Source: a bacterium
GTDB taxonomy: Bacteria; Patescibacteriota; Minisyncoccia; 2-02-FULL-40-12; IGHO2-12-FULL-4
DNA: 64,000 nucleotides
Assembly: GCA_030647955.1 (NCBI GenBank)
Contig: JAUSIQ010000003.1
Location: forward strand, 2,111-66,110
Direction of reading: 5' to 3'
Below, one piece after another: positions 47,431-58,247 of the stretch. Below the pieces are notes generated by a model. It did not search any database, was not told where the DNA came from, and was given only the letters and a program-made list of their open reading frames with translations. The position numbers were made by a program, and so were the translations under genes. Position 1 is the first letter of the stretch, and every line of letters starts with the position of its first letter.

Positions 47431-47898
47431 ATGCGCAGACCAATAAAGAAAAAGAATTTCCAAGAGCCAGATACCAAATACTCCAGCATGCTGGTGGCTC
47501 GTTTGATTAACCAAGTCATGCAAGCGGGAAGAAAGACTGTGGCGCGTCGCTTGGTTTACGGAGCAATGGAAGTGGCTGCAGAAAAATTAAAGAAACCGGC
47601 TTTGGAAGTCGTTGAAACTGCTTTAGAAAATGCCGGACCACAACTAGAACTGCGCTCTCGCCGTATCGGTGGAGCGAATTATCAGGTTCCTTACGAAGTA
47701 CGGGGAGATCGCCGGGTCACCTTGGCTTTGCGTTGGATCGTTGGGTCTGCTCAAAATCAGAAGGGGAAGGGTATGCAGGAAAAGTTAGCCGAAGAACTCA
47801 TCAATGCTGTTAATAATACTGGTAACGCGGTTAAAAAGAAGCAAGACATGCATCGCATGGCGGAAGCCAATAAGGCTTTTGCTCACTTTGCCTGGTAA
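47431..47898 (+). CDS. rpsG: 30S ribosomal protein S7
   Basis: S7 signature. Confidence 0.95.
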   Translation: MRRPIKKKNFQEPDTKYSSMLVARLINQVMQAGRKTVARRLVYGAMEVAAEKLKKPALEVVETALENAGPQLELRSRRIGGANYQVPYEVRGDRRVTLALRWIVGSAQNQKGKGMQEKLAEELINAVNNTGNAVKKKQDMHRMAEANKAFAHFAW

Positions 47899-47903
47899 AT
47901 AAC

Positions 47904-47996
47904 CAAGTTCATCAAGTCCATCAGGTTATAAAGTTCATAAAGTGGAAAACAAATTATAGAACTTTAAAAACTTGATAACTTTACAAACTTTTAACT
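47904..47996. repeat. AT-rich palindromic intergenic element (family member D) between rpsG and fusA; identical to C
   Basis: 92-nt identity with 47333-47424. Confidence 0.75.
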
Positions 47997-48002
47997 TCTG
48001 CA

Positions 48003-50105
48003 GTGAGGGAATATCCTATCGATAAAACTAGAAATATTGGCATCATTGCCCACATCGACGCCGGAAAGACAACTGTTTCCGAGCGCGTTTTGTTTTATAC
48101 GGGAGTCTCGCACAAAATTGGAGAGGTGCACGAAGGAGATACGGTTATGGATTGGATGGAGCAGGAGAGAGAGCGTGGTATCACTATTACTTCCGCGGCT
48201 ATCACCGCTTTTTGGACTCCCCAGGGTCTCGCCAAAGATAAGAAGAATGAATACAAGTTCAACTTAATTGACACTCCCGGACACATTGATTTTACAGTAG
48301 AGGTAAAGCGCTCTTTGCGCGTCTTGGATGGAGCGGTAGTGGTTTTTGATGGTGTAGCCGGAGTAGAGCCTCAATCTGAAACTAATTGGCGCTATGCCGA
48401 TGATTTCAAAGTTCCGCGTATTTGCTTTATTAACAAGCTCGATCGTCTCGGAGCTTCTTTTGAGCGCTCCTATCAGTCTATTTTGGAGCGATTAACTCCG
48501 TATGCGGTGCGTATGCAAATTCCGGATGGAGAAGAGGATCAATTTAAAGGCATTGTCGATCTTCTAGTGATGAAATATTACATCTTTGAGGGGGCGCATG
48601 GCGAGCTGGTTGTTGAAAAGCCAATTCCCGACCACCTTAAGGAGCGTGCCGATGAATTACACGGAGTTTTGATTGAAAAAATCGTAGAACAGGATGAGCA
48701 GGCTATGACCGAATATTTGGAAGGAAAAGAGATCTCCTTGGAAAGATTAAGGCAGATTGTTCGTAAGGCGACGATTGAAAACAAAATCGTCCCGGTTTTT
48801 ACGGGATCAGCCTTAAAGAACAGGGGCGTGCAATTTATGTTGGATGCCGTAGTTTACTACTTGCCATCCCCAGCAGATTTGCCACCAGTTAAAGGCCTAG
48901 ACGCTAGTGGAAAGGAAACTGAGCGTGAATTCAAGGACGAGGTTCCGTTCTCGGCTTTGGCTTTCAAAGTTGCCACTGATCCATACGTTGGCCAGCTAAC
49001 TTTCTTTCGGGTTTATTCCGGAACTTTAACCAGTGGGTCTTATGTTTATAATTCCACCAATGGTCAACAGGAAAGAATTAGTCGTATTATCTTGATGCAC
49101 GCTAACGAGCGTCAGGAAATTAAAGAGGTGCTGGCCGGAGATATCGCCGCTACGGTGGGATTGAAAGCCACTAGAACCGGAGATACCTTAACCGACCAGG
49201 AGAATACAATCATTTTAGAGAACATTGTTTTCCCGGAACCGGTTATTTCCCTGCGTATTGAACCGAAGACCAAAGCCGATCAAGAGAAGATGAGCTTATC
49301 CTTAAAAAAACTGTCGGACGAAGATCCCACTTTTCGCATTAAGAGCGATGTAGAAACAGCCGAAACCATTATCTCTGGAATGGGCGAGTTACATTTAGAA
49401 ATTATCGTGGATCGTCTCAAGAGAGAATTCGGGGTGAACGTAAATGTCGGTCGTCCGCAAGTGGCCTACAAGGAAACTATCCGTGAATCTGCTCAAGCCG
49501 AAGGTAAATATGTGCGGCAGTCTGGAGGGCGGGGACAGTATGGTCATGTGTGGATGAAGGTGGAGCCCATGGATCGAGGAGCGGGGTTTGAGTTCGTAAA
49601 CGCTATTAAAGGAGGCGTAGTTCCTAACGAGTATTTACCGGCCATTCAAAAAGGAGTCAGAGAGGTTTTGGACAAAGGAGTGTTGGCTGGTTTTCCGATG
49701 GTGGATCTTAAAGCGACGGCCTACGACGGTTCTTACCACGAAGTGGACTCTTCGGAAATTGCTTTCAAGATCGCGGCTGCTACTGCTTTTCAGGAGGGTG
49801 TTAAAAGAGCTAAGCCGGTGTTATTGGAACCGATTATGAAAGTAGAGATTATTATCCCGGATAAGTTTATGGGTGAGGTTACTGGCGATGTCAGCTCGCG
49901 CCGGGGAAGAATTGAGCAAATGAATGATCGGGCGGTGTTGAGTTTGAAAGTAATCGATGCTAAAGTGCCCTTATCGGAAATGTTTGGCTATGCCACTTCC
50001 ATTCGTTCTTTGACCGAGGGACGTGGCACCTTCACGATGGAGTTTAGTCATTACGAAGAAGTGCCGAATAATATCGCCCAGTTAATTATAGAGGGTAAAA
50101 AGTAA
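48003..50105 (+). CDS. fusA: Elongation factor G
   Basis: G domain [18 protein letters not shown]; full five-domain length; GTG start. Confidence 0.95.
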   Translation: MREYPIDKTRNIGIIAHIDAGKTTVSERVLFYTGVSHKIGEVHEGDTVMDWMEQERERGITITSAAITAFWTPQGLAKDKKNEYKFNLIDTPGHIDFTVEVKRSLRVLDGAVVVFDGVAGVEPQSETNWRYADDFKVPRICFINKLDRLGASFERSYQSILERLTPYAVRMQIPDGEEDQFKGIVDLLVMKYYIFEGAHGELVVEKPIPDHLKERADELHGVLIEKIVEQDEQAMTEYLEGKEISLERLRQIVRKATIENKIVPVFTGSALKNRGVQFMLDAVVYYLPSPADLPPVKGLDASGKETEREFKDEVPFSALAFKVATDPYVGQLTFFRVYSGTLTSGSYVYNSTNGQQERISRIILMHANERQEIKEVLAGDIAATVGLKATRTGDTLTDQENTIILENIVFPEPVISLRIEPKTKADQEKMSLSLKKLSDEDPTFRIKSDVETAETIISGMGELHLEIIVDRLKREFGVNVNVGRPQVAYKETIRESAQAEGKYVRQSGGRGQYGHVWMKVEPMDRGAGFEFVNAIKGGVVPNEYLPAIQKGVREVLDKGVLAGFPMVDLKATAYDGSYHEVDSSEIAFKIAAATAFQEGVKRAKPVLLEPIMKVEIIIPDKFMGEVTGDVSSRRGRIEQMNDRAVLSLKVIDAKVPLSEMFGYATSIRSLTEGRGTFTMEFSHYEEVPNNIAQLIIEGKK

Positions 50106-50114
50106 ATTTAGGAT

Positions 50115-50429
50115 ATGAATCTTAAAGATGTTAAAAAATTAGTGAAGACCCTGGGACATGTTGTAGTCGTAGAAGAGGATGGTTCGGGATTGGTAATCAT
50201 CTCGCTTGATAAATATCTCAGCCTGGTCAATGGACATGAGGAAGCAGTAACCACCGCTGAGGTATATACGGAAGAAAGCGGTGAAGTTGTCCTTCCCGAG
50301 AGCATTCGAGGGTTAAACGAACAAGAGCTAATGCTGATAGAGAAGCTCAATCAAGACATTGCGATTTTAAAAGAAGAAATTAAAAAGAAGGAGTTGGAGG
50401 AGCTGGAAAGTGGCTTAGGAGAAGGCTAA
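50115..50429 (+). CDS. Small protein with Phd/YefM-antitoxin-like N-terminal domain (orphan), inserted between fusA and tuf
   Basis: Pattern L..L...VVVEEDG...VIISLDKYLSL resembles the YefM/Phd fold; acidic coiled C-terminus; no toxin partner nearby. Confidence 0.3.
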   Translation: MNLKDVKKLVKTLGHVVVVEEDGSGLVIISLDKYLSLVNGHEEAVTTAEVYTEESGEVVLPESIRGLNEQELMLIEKLNQDIAILKEEIKKKELEELESGLGEG

Positions 50430-50437
50430 TGGGTGTT

Positions 50438-50544
50438 GATCCCGTACGAAATTTAACAGTTTATGAGCAATAATAATCAGAGGCGAGTCGCTACAAATTC
50501 AGCCTAATGTTATAATCATTTATCAGTTAAATTTCGTACGGGAT
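50438..50544. repeat. ~107-bp element with 19-bp terminal inverted repeats GATCCCGTACGAAATTTAAC / GTTAAATTTCGTACGGGAT (family 2, copy 2)
   Basis: Near-perfect inverted repeat seen directly; same CCGTACGAA core as 28432-28545. Confidence 0.6.
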
Positions 50545-50571
50545 TGACTAAGATTCATTATTTGTTACAAT
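50544..50571 (+). promoter_or_regulatory. Candidate tuf promoter TTGACT-16-TACAAT immediately after the inverted-repeat element
   Basis: Hexamers seen directly. Confidence 0.3.
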
Positions 50572-50669
50572 AGTAGAACATTACATAGTTATAGTATTAC
50601 TTAAGATAATAGCCATTAAATAATACGCCCTGAGCTTATTATTTAGTGTCTATTATCCTATCTCAATAA

Positions 50670-51869
50670 ATGGCAGGTAAATTTGATCGAACCAAGCCGC
50701 ACTTAAACGTCGGCACCATTGGCCACGTCGACCATGGAAAGACCTCGCTCACCGCGGCGATTTTGCATACTTTGAACCTCACCGGAGACGGCTATGGGGC
50801 CAGAGTGGAGAATATCAACGACATCGATAATGCTCCGGAAGAGCGTGCTCGCGGTATCACTATCGCTTTGCACCACTCCGAGTATGAAACTCCGAAAAGA
50901 CACTACGCTCACGTAGATGCTCCTGGTCACGCCGACTACATTAAGAACATGATCACTGGTGCTGCTCAGATGGATGCCGCTATTTTAGTGGTAGCCGCTT
51001 CGGATGGTCCGATGCCTCAGACTCGCGAACACATTCTTTTGGCTCGACAGGTGGGAGTACCCCATGTCTTAGTTTTCTTAAACAAGGTTGACCAGGTAGA
51101 TGATCCTGAATTGATCGACTTGGTGGAAGCCGAAGTTCGAGAACTTTTGAACAAGTATCAGTATCCTGGAAACGAGACCCCGATCATTCGTGGTTCCGCC
51201 TTGAAGGCTTTGGAAGCTAAAGATAAGGGAGATGCCGCTTTGCAGCCGGTTTTGGAGCTAATCAAGAAGTTAGATGAATATGTTCCAGACCCAGTTCGCG
51301 AAACCGACAAGCCTTTCTTGATGCCGATTGAAGACATCTTCTCCATTGAAGGCCGTGGCACGGTAGTTACCGGAAGAATTGAGCGCGGTATGATCAAGAT
51401 CAACGAAGAAATTGAAATCGTTGGGTTAACTCCGACTCAAAAGACCGTGGTCACTGGTATTGAAATGTTCAATAAGCAGTTGGATGAGGGTATGGCTGGA
51501 GACAATGCTGGTATTCTGCTTCGTGGAACCAAGAAAGAAGATATTTCTCGCGGCCAAGTTTTGGCCAAGCCGGGCAGTATCACTCCGCACACTGATTTCG
51601 AATCTGAAATTTATGTTTTGACCAAGGAGGAAGGTGGTCGCCACACTCCTTTCTTGAAGGGTTATAAGCCCCAGTTCTATTTCCGCACTACGGATGTAAC
51701 CGGAGAAATTACTTTGCCGGAAGGTGCTGAAATGGTTATGCCTGGAGATACCGTTACCGTTAAAATTAAATTAATTGCTCCGATCGCCATGCAAGAAAAG
51801 CAGCGGTTCGCTATCCGCGAGGGTGGAAAGACCGTAGGTGCCGGAGTAGTTACTAAGGTTACAGCCTAA
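50670..51869 (+). CDS. tuf: Elongation factor Tu
   Basis: [17 protein letters not shown] motifs; 399 aa. Confidence 0.95.
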   Translation: MAGKFDRTKPHLNVGTIGHVDHGKTSLTAAILHTLNLTGDGYGARVENINDIDNAPEERARGITIALHHSEYETPKRHYAHVDAPGHADYIKNMITGAAQMDAAILVVAASDGPMPQTREHILLARQVGVPHVLVFLNKVDQVDDPELIDLVEAEVRELLNKYQYPGNETPIIRGSALKALEAKDKGDAALQPVLELIKKLDEYVPDPVRETDKPFLMPIEDIFSIEGRGTVVTGRIERGMIKINEEIEIVGLTPTQKTVVTGIEMFNKQLDEGMAGDNAGILLRGTKKEDISRGQVLAKPGSITPHTDFESEIYVLTKEEGGRHTPFLKGYKPQFYFRTTDVTGEITLPEGAEMVMPGDTVTVKIKLIAPIAMQEKQRFAIREGGKTVGAGVVTKVTA

Positions 51870-51875
51870 AAGATT

Positions 51876-51907
51876 GTCCCCCGCTTTCTGGAGAAAGTGG
51901 GGGACTG
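51876..51907 (+). terminator. Hairpin GTCCCCCGCTTTC-TGGAGAAAGT-GGGGGAC after tuf
   Basis: 7-bp G/C stem seen directly; weak T-run. Confidence 0.45.
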
Positions 51908-51925
51908 TTCTAAGCACTTTGCAAA

Positions 51926-52261
51926 ATGTCTACTGAAAAGAAAAAAACTAAAGAAGTAGCTCAACAGCGCATTCGCATTAAGCTTAAGGCGTACGATAAT
52001 AAAATTATCGATCGCTCTGCTAAGCAAATTGTGGATACTATCGAGCGGGTGGGCGGAAAGGTGGTTGGACCGGTGCCGTTACCAACGGAAATTCACAAGT
52101 ACACCGTCAACCGCTCCACTTTCGTCCATAAAGATTCTCGAGAGCAGTTTGAGATGCGTGTACACAAAAGACTGATTGATATCACCAACCCGGCTTCCAA
52201 AATCATCGATGCGTTGATGAATCTGAACTTGCCGGCTGGAGTAGACATCGAAGTGAAGTAA
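51926..52261 (+). CDS. rpsJ: 30S ribosomal protein S10
   Basis: S10 signature [11 protein letters not shown]... Confidence 0.95.
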   Translation: MSTEKKKTKEVAQQRIRIKLKAYDNKIIDRSAKQIVDTIERVGGKVVGPVPLPTEIHKYTVNRSTFVHKDSREQFEMRVHKRLIDITNPASKIIDALMNLNLPAGVDIEVK

Positions 52262-52410
52262 TTATTCTCTTCCTCTTCCCATCTTTCACGGTGGCAAGAG
52301 ATAAGGTAGTAATTCCCACGGGAGTCCTGCCCTAAATCCAATGGTTTTAAAACAGAAGAATTTATTAAAGACTTAGTTAAAAGTTTTTAGGTTTAGCGTA
52401 CTTGGAATTT

Positions 52411-52434
52411 CCCAGCTAAACCTGGGTTTTTTGT
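52411..52434 (+). terminator. Terminator-like hairpin CCCAG-CTAAA-CCTGGG plus TTTTTT inside the 209-nt rpsJ-rplC spacer (possible attenuator)
   Basis: Stem and T-run seen directly. Confidence 0.35.
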
Positions 52435-52470
52435 TAACTTTTATAATTATTCGCTTCGCTCATAAACAAA

Positions 52471-53070
52471 GTGATCAAATTTATTCTTGGAAAAAAATTA
52501 GGAATGTCGCAGGTCTTCAGTGAAGACGGCAAAGTCACCCCGGTGACGATAGTTTTGGCTGAGCCGATGCGCGTGACGCAGTTGAAGACAGTGGAAAAAG
52601 ACGGTTACGAAGCCGTTCAATTAGGTTCCGGAAAAGCAAAGAAACTTTCCAAGCCCATGAAGGGACATTTGAAAGAATTGGGTAATCTCCGAGATCTTAT
52701 TGAGTGGCGAGGTAAAGTAGAGATGGTTATCGGTGAAACCATAGATGTCACTAGTTTTAATGTCGGTGATATTGTTAAAGTGAGCGGGATTTCCAAAGGA
52801 AAGGGTTTTCAAGGAGGAGTGAAACGCCATGGATTTAGAGGAATGCCCGCTAGTCACGGACACAAACATGTTACTAGACACGTTGGTTCCATCGGACAGC
52901 GTTTCCCTCAGCACACCTTGAAGGGGTTGAGAATGGCTGGACGCATGGGCGCGGATCGTATTAGTGTCCGAGGATTGAAAGTAGTGAACGTTGATAAAGA
53001 TCAAAACCTGCTTTTGATCAAAGGAGCGGTCCCTGGCAGAAAGGGTACGTTATTGGAAATTCGTGGATAA
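52471..53070 (+). CDS. rplC: 50S ribosomal protein L3
   Basis: L3 signature. Confidence 0.9.
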   Translation: MIKFILGKKLGMSQVFSEDGKVTPVTIVLAEPMRVTQLKTVEKDGYEAVQLGSGKAKKLSKPMKGHLKELGNLRDLIEWRGKVEMVIGETIDVTSFNVGDIVKVSGISKGKGFQGGVKRHGFRGMPASHGHKHVTRHVGSIGQRFPQHTLKGLRMAGRMGADRISVRGLKVVNVDKDQNLLLIKGAVPGRKGTLLEIRG

Positions 53071-53083
53071 TTAACTAACCAAA

Positions 53084-53743
53084 GTGAAAACTGACTTATA
53101 CAATCAGGGAGGAGAAGTGATCGGGGAAGTTCAGTTACCTGAAAAAGTTTTTGGTGTGGCTATCGATCATGACTTATTGCACCAAGCCGCCGTGGCTCAG
53201 CTAGCTAATCGTCGCCAAGTTTTGGCTCACACAAAAGATCGCAGTGAGGTTAGTGGAGGAGGAAAGAAGCCTTGGCGTCAGAAAGGTACGGGTCGTGCTC
53301 GTCACGGTTCGATTCGTTCTCCAATTTGGAAGGGTGGAGGAGTCGCGTTTGGTCCAAGCAAAGATCGTAATTTTTCTGTAAAGATTAATAAGAAAGTTAA
53401 GCGCAAAGCTATTTTTATGGCCTTGTCTGGAAAAGTTAAAGATAAACAGATTTTGGTTTTAGATGGGGTTTCCATCAATGAAGCGAAAACCAAGACATTG
53501 GTTGGGTTGCTTAAAACTATTTCTGGAAAATTAGCCGGTTATCGCAGTTCCAAAACCAAAAAGGACAGTGTTTTGATGGTATCGGCCAAGAGCGATGAGA
53601 AGTTGAATCGGGCCATTAATAATATTGGATTTGCCAAGACTTTAGATGCGAAGAGCTTGAATGTTCTGGACCTGTTATCTTACAAATATATTTTATTGAC
53701 CCAGGATGCCATTCCTGTTATAGAAGAAACTTATAAAATCTAA
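53084..53743 (+). CDS. rplD: 50S ribosomal protein L4
   Basis: L4 signature. Confidence 0.9.
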   Translation: MKTDLYNQGGEVIGEVQLPEKVFGVAIDHDLLHQAAVAQLANRRQVLAHTKDRSEVSGGGKKPWRQKGTGRARHGSIRSPIWKGGGVAFGPSKDRNFSVKINKKVKRKAIFMALSGKVKDKQILVLDGVSINEAKTKTLVGLLKTISGKLAGYRSSKTKKDSVLMVSAKSDEKLNRAINNIGFAKTLDAKSLNVLDLLSYKYILLTQDAIPVIEETYKI

Positions 53744-53745
53744 CC

Positions 53746-54141
53746 ATGGGTATTAGGAATATTTTTAAAAAACGAGATGAAGCCAGTCAGCCTGTCACGG
53801 AAAAAGAAACCAAAAAAGAGACCAAGGCGACGGAGGCTACCATCCCCGATTTAAAAGGGAACGATTTTTCATACCGCAATATTATTAGTCCGTATTTAAC
53901 CGAAAAGACCACAATTTTGAATGCCGATGGTCAGTATGCTTTTAAAGTTTTTCCCAAAGCGAACAAGATTGAAATAAAAAAGGCGATTGAGCGGCTTTAC
54001 AGTGTGCATGTCGAGAAAATTCGCATCATGGTGGTTCCGAGCAAGGCGCGCCGCTTGGGAAAATATGAAGGAGAAAAGACTGGTTTTAAAAAGGCGATTG
54101 TGCGATTAAGAAAAGGAGAAAAAATTGAGGTGGCTCACTAA
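53746..54141 (+). CDS. rplW: 50S ribosomal protein L23 (with N-terminal extension)
   Basis: L23 core YAFKVFPKANKIEIKKAIERLYSVHV. Confidence 0.85.
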   Translation: MGIRNIFKKRDEASQPVTEKETKKETKATEATIPDLKGNDFSYRNIISPYLTEKTTILNADGQYAFKVFPKANKIEIKKAIERLYSVHVEKIRIMVVPSKARRLGKYEGEKTGFKKAIVRLRKGEKIEVAH

Positions 54142-54152
54142 AGCCCAGGTTT

Positions 54153-54980
54153 ATGTCTAAATTATACAAACCCACAACTGCATCACGAAGACACATGACG
54201 GGATACGACTTCTCGAATTTGTCTAAGGTTAAACCGTTGAAATCGAAAACGAAAGGTTTTCGTCGTTCGGTTGGCCGTGGTAATACGGGATTGATCACCG
54301 TGAGACACAAAGGCGGTGGCGTAAAAAGACTTTTTCGAGAGATTGATTTTCATCAGACGAAATTAAACATACCTGGAAAAGTTTTCTCTTTAGAGTATGA
54401 TCCTAATCGCACGGCGCGTATTGCCCGTATTCATTATGCCGACGGCGCCCAGGCTTATATTTTAGCTCCGGAAGGATTATCCGTGGGAGATACCATTGTG
54501 ATGAGCGATAAGGTGCCATTGAAGCCGGCTAATCGCGCTAAGTTAAAAAATATTCCTCAAGGTACAGAAGTTTACAATATCGAACTTTTTCCTGGTAAAG
54601 GCGGAGAAGTAGTTCGTTCGGCGGGATCGAAAGCAGTGGTCATGTCTAAAGATGCCGGCTATGTCCAAGTGCAAATGCCTTCTTCTGAATTACGAAAGTT
54701 TCCGGAAGATGCCATGGCTTCCATTGGACGACTCTCTAACCAAGAGCACAGCTCTATCGTCATAGGTAAGGCTGGTCGTTCACGTCATCTTGGTATCAGG
54801 CCGACGGTTCGTGGATCGGTCATGAACCCTGTGGATCACCCACACGGTGGAGGAGAAGGAAAGCAGGGCATTGGCCTGCCTTATCCGAAAACCCCGTGGG
54901 GCAAGCACGCTTTGGGAGTTAAGACTAGAAACAAGAAAAAGCGTTCTGCCAAGTTTATTGTTCGTCGCCGCAAGAAATAA
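54153..54980 (+). CDS. rplB: 50S ribosomal protein L2
   Basis: L2 signature incl. GRNxxG and [14 protein letters not shown]. Confidence 0.95.
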   Translation: MSKLYKPTTASRRHMTGYDFSNLSKVKPLKSKTKGFRRSVGRGNTGLITVRHKGGGVKRLFREIDFHQTKLNIPGKVFSLEYDPNRTARIARIHYADGAQAYILAPEGLSVGDTIVMSDKVPLKPANRAKLKNIPQGTEVYNIELFPGKGGEVVRSAGSKAVVMSKDAGYVQVQMPSSELRKFPEDAMASIGRLSNQEHSSIVIGKAGRSRHLGIRPTVRGSVMNPVDHPHGGGEGKQGIGLPYPKTPWGKHALGVKTRNKKKRSAKFIVRRRKK

Positions 54981-54997
54981 GATTTTCATTTAACCAT

Positions 54998-55336
54998 ATG
55001 TCTAGAAGTGTCAAAAAAGGTGTATATGTAGACGAGAGAGTGCTCAAGAAATTGAGCAAGGTTCGTGCGGGAGATAAGACTATTATTAAAACCTGGGCGC
55101 GGGCATCGACGATTACCCCAGAGATGATCGGTTTTACTTTTGGCGTACACAACGGTAAAAATCATATCCCAGTTTTTATTACGGAAGACATGGTTGGACA
55201 TAAGTTAGGTGAATTTTCTCCTACACGTAAATTTACTCGTCACGGAGGAAGAATGCAGAAAGAAATTGAGGCGGCTGCCAAGCAGAAAGAAATTGATTCC
55301 GCCAAAGCGGCTAAGGTTGAGCCAGAGAAGAAATAG
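54998..55336 (+). CDS. rpsS: 30S ribosomal protein S19 (C-terminally extended)
   Basis: S19 signature [18 protein letters not shown]. Confidence 0.9.
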   Translation: MSRSVKKGVYVDERVLKKLSKVRAGDKTIIKTWARASTITPEMIGFTFGVHNGKNHIPVFITEDMVGHKLGEFSPTRKFTRHGGRMQKEIEAAAKQKEIDSAKAAKVEPEKK

Positions 55337-55350
55337 TTTAAATTTCCATC

Positions 55351-55878
55351 ATGAAAATTACTGCCCAATTAAATAATCTCCGCATTTCGCCTCGCAAGGT
55401 GCGATTGGTGGCTGGATTAATCAAGGGCAAGGATGCGATGGTAGCCAGGCAGCAATTGAATTTTTTGACTAAGAGATCTTCTGGTCCAATGGCTAAGCTA
55501 TTAGAGTCGGCTTTGCAAAACGCCGAGCATAACTTTGGATTGTTGAAAGAAAATCTTTTCATTAAAGATGTGGTGGTGAATGAAGGTATGAAGTTGAAAA
55601 GATTTATGCCTAGAGCGATGGGAAAAGCCGGATCAATCCAGAAGAAAACTTCTCGCATTACTGTAGTCTTGGAAGAAAAAGTTCCGGGTTTGAAAGCGAA
55701 CAAAAATGATGCCGCCAAACACAAGCACGAAGCTGGTGAGCACGCCGAAGAGGGACATAAGCACGATAAGAGTAAAGTTAAGCCTGAATCTGAAGTAAAA
55801 TCTGATATTAATAAAAAAGGTGTTCTTGGCGACGTTAAAAACGCCGGCCGGAGACTATTTAGAAGAAAAAGCGTTTAG
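55351..55878 (+). CDS. rplV: 50S ribosomal protein L22 (Lys-rich C-terminal extension)
   Basis: L22 signature ISPRKVRLVAGLIKG. Confidence 0.9.
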   Translation: MKITAQLNNLRISPRKVRLVAGLIKGKDAMVARQQLNFLTKRSSGPMAKLLESALQNAEHNFGLLKENLFIKDVVVNEGMKLKRFMPRAMGKAGSIQKKTSRITVVLEEKVPGLKANKNDAAKHKHEAGEHAEEGHKHDKSKVKPESEVKSDINKKGVLGDVKNAGRRLFRRKSV

Positions 55879-55891
55879 TATTTAATATTGT

Positions 55892-56542
55892 ATGGGACAA
55901 AAAATTTCTCCAACTTCTTTCCGATTGAGTATTCATAAAAAGTGGTTATCCCGCTGGTTTGGATTGGGTAAAAAATATACCGAGTACTTTCACGAGGATT
56001 ATGCGGTGCGTCAGTTTTTAAATAAGAAGCTCAAGAACATGAGTGTAGATCGAATCGAGCTTGAGCGTAGCCCCGATACTTTTACGATTATTGTATTTAC
56101 TGCTCGTCCGGGTTTGATTATTGGCCGAGGAGGCACGGGAGCGGAGGATCTTAAAAAAGAAGTGCGCCGCTTGATTAAGCGGAAGACCGCTATTAGAATT
56201 GAGATTCAGGAATACAAAAATCCGGAATCTTCCGCAGCGATTATGGCCGAGTCTATTGTAGAGCAAACTGAGCGGCGTATTCCTTTTCGACGTCTGATGA
56301 AGCAGATGCTCGGTAAGATCGTCGCCAACAAAAAAGAAGTATTTGGGGCGAAGATAGAAATGTCCGGCCGCCTAAACGGAGAAGAAATTGCGCGCACCGA
56401 GCACTTGGAACAAGGAAATCTGCCACTGCAAACTTTGCGTGCCGACATTGATTATGCCAAGAGAACGGCATACACCACTTACGGCACGATTGGAGTGAAA
56501 GTTTGGATTTACAAAGGCTTAAAATTCGAAGACAAATCCTAA
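55892..56542 (+). CDS. rpsC: 30S ribosomal protein S3
   Basis: KH domain and S3 C-domain signature. Confidence 0.95.
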   Translation: MGQKISPTSFRLSIHKKWLSRWFGLGKKYTEYFHEDYAVRQFLNKKLKNMSVDRIELERSPDTFTIIVFTARPGLIIGRGGTGAEDLKKEVRRLIKRKTAIRIEIQEYKNPESSAAIMAESIVEQTERRIPFRRLMKQMLGKIVANKKEVFGAKIEMSGRLNGEEIARTEHLEQGNLPLQTLRADIDYAKRTAYTTYGTIGVKVWIYKGLKFEDKS

Positions 56543-56545
56543 AAT

Positions 56546-56950
56546 ATGTTACAGCCTAAAAGAATAAAACACCGCAAGGTTCATGTTGGAAATATACCCG
56601 CCAAAGCTACTCGTGGCGCGACTTTGAGTTTCGGAAACTTTGGAGTGCGCGCGATGGAGTCCAAAATGATCACTTCGCGACAAATTGAATCTGCTCGCCG
56701 TACGATGACTCGTTTTATTCAGCGCGGAGGAAAAATTTGGATTAGAATCTTTCCGGATAAGCCGATGACCTCTAAACCCCCCGAAGTTGGTATGGGAGGA
56801 GGAGCGGGAGCTTTGAAAGAGTTCGTTGCCGTAGTAAGTGCCGGAAGAATTTTGTTTGAAATGGACGGCGTCACTGAAGCTACGGCTCGCGAAGCTTTTC
56901 GTTTGGCAGGTTACAAGTTGCCCATTAAGACCAAGTTTATTAAACGCTAA
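56546..56950 (+). CDS. rplP: 50S ribosomal protein L16
   Basis: L16 signature. Confidence 0.95.
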   Translation: MLQPKRIKHRKVHVGNIPAKATRGATLSFGNFGVRAMESKMITSRQIESARRTMTRFIQRGGKIWIRIFPDKPMTSKPPEVGMGGGAGALKEFVAVVSAGRILFEMDGVTEATAREAFRLAGYKLPIKTKFIKR

Positions 56951-56952
56951 TT

Positions 56953-57138
56953 ATGAAAGTTTCCGAATTACAACAAAAGAATAAAACTGAATTACGGGAG
57001 ATCTTAAGTGATCTGCAGATTAAGTTGGGCAAATTAAGATTTGAATTGAGTGCCAATACCCTGAAAGATTCCAGCCAGGTGAAGAAGGTCAAGAAAGATA
57101 TGGCCAGGGTCTTAACTATTTTACGAAATCATTATTAA
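56953..57138 (+). CDS. rpmC: 50S ribosomal protein L29
   Basis: L29 signature; 61 aa. Confidence 0.85.
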   Translation: MKVSELQQKNKTELREILSDLQIKLGKLRFELSANTLKDSSQVKKVKKDMARVLTILRNHY

Positions 57139-57188
57139 GTGTTATAAGTAAGAACCCTAGTAATCCTTGAGGTTATAGGGCCAATTTC

Positions 57189-57479
57189 ATGGAAAACAGC
57201 CATAAAAACCAGGTAGAAGTAGGACGAACCCTTCAAGGAGTGGTGGTTTCGGATAAAATGATTAAGACCGTGGTAGTGGCTGTTAATCGTTTAAAAAAGC
57301 ACCCTAAGTATAAAAAATATTACCGCGTGACCAGTAAATACAAAGCACACGATGAAGCCAGGGCCTATCATATTGGTGACAAGGTGATTATTCGAGAGAC
57401 GCGACCTATTTCAAAGGATAAGCGCTGGGTGGTGGTAGAGAAAGTAGCAGGAAGTCAAAAGACGGAAGAAGGTTTATAA
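57189..57479 (+). CDS. rpsQ: 30S ribosomal protein S17
   Basis: S17 signature [14 protein letters not shown]. Confidence 0.9.
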   Translation: MENSHKNQVEVGRTLQGVVVSDKMIKTVVVAVNRLKKHPKYKKYYRVTSKYKAHDEARAYHIGDKVIIRETRPISKDKRWVVVEKVAGSQKTEEGL

Positions 57480-57543
57480 AGTAAAGCTGCCAAAAGGAAT
57501 CTTACTTTATGAACTTGAAGAACTTTATAACTTGATAAACTAG
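57480..57543. repeat. AT-rich palindromic intergenic element (family member E, shorter, opposite orientation) between rpsQ and rplN
   Basis: Contains ACTTTATGAACTTGAAGAACTTTATAACTTGATAAACT, the reverse-complement orientation of the AAGTTCATAAAGT unit. Confidence 0.6.
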
Positions 57544-57546
57544 TTT

Positions 57547-57912
57547 ATGATTCAATTACGATCCATCGTTACTGTAGCAGATAATAGCGGAGCCAAAAAA
57601 GTTGGTGTCTTTAAGGTATTGGGCGGAACTCGCAAGCGCTATGCTCAACTGGGCGATGTCGTCGTGGTATCCGTTAAAGAAGCGGAGCCCCGTAAGCAAG
57701 TTAAGAAAAAAGATGTCTTACGAGCGTTAGTGGTTCGTCAGCGACAAAACTTCCGACGAGCAGATGGTAGTTATGTGCGCTTTGATGAAAACGCGGTTGT
57801 AATTTTAGAAGGTAAGGAGCCCAAGGGAGGAAGAATTTTCGGTCCCATTCCTCGTGAGATTAAAGAGCGCGGCTATGATACGATTGCTTCCTTAGCCCAA
57901 GAGATTGTCTAA
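57547..57912 (+). CDS. rplN: 50S ribosomal protein L14
   Basis: L14 signature. Confidence 0.95.
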   Translation: MIQLRSIVTVADNSGAKKVGVFKVLGGTRKRYAQLGDVVVVSVKEAEPRKQVKKKDVLRALVVRQRQNFRRADGSYVRFDENAVVILEGKEPKGGRIFGPIPREIKERGYDTIASLAQEIV

Positions 57913-58231
57913 ACATATGTCCAAGATTAAAAAAGGCGACAATGTAAAAATGCTTTCTGGAAAAGACCGTGGAAAAAACGGGACAGTTTCTTTGGTTTTA
58001 GCCCAGGGTGCAGATGCGCGGGTAGTAATCGAGGGTTTGAATAAAGTAAAAAAACATCAGCGCGCCCGCAAACAAGGACAGAAAGGACAGATTATTTCCG
58101 TAGAAAGACCAGTAAATATTTCCAGCGTGCAATTAATCTGTAAGAGTTGCGGTAAACCGACGCGAGTTGGTTTTAAGGTGGACGGTGATAAAAAAGAAAG
58201 AATTTGTCGTAAATGTTCAGCCACGATTTAA
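57905..58231 (+). CDS. rplX: 50S ribosomal protein L24 (with C-terminal Cys4)
   Basis: KOW motif IKKGDNVKMLSGKDRGKNG; CKSCGK...CRKC. Confidence 0.9.
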   Translation: MSKHMSKIKKGDNVKMLSGKDRGKNGTVSLVLAQGADARVVIEGLNKVKKHQRARKQGQKGQIISVERPVNISSVQLICKSCGKPTRVGFKVDGDKKERICRKCSATI

Positions 58232-58247
58232 TAAAAAAGAGTTTAAT

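Noticed and set aside
58167-58247. Upstream extension of rplE overlapping rplX
   Set aside because: The conserved L5 N-terminus begins at the internal ATG (58248); the extension overlaps L24 in another frame.
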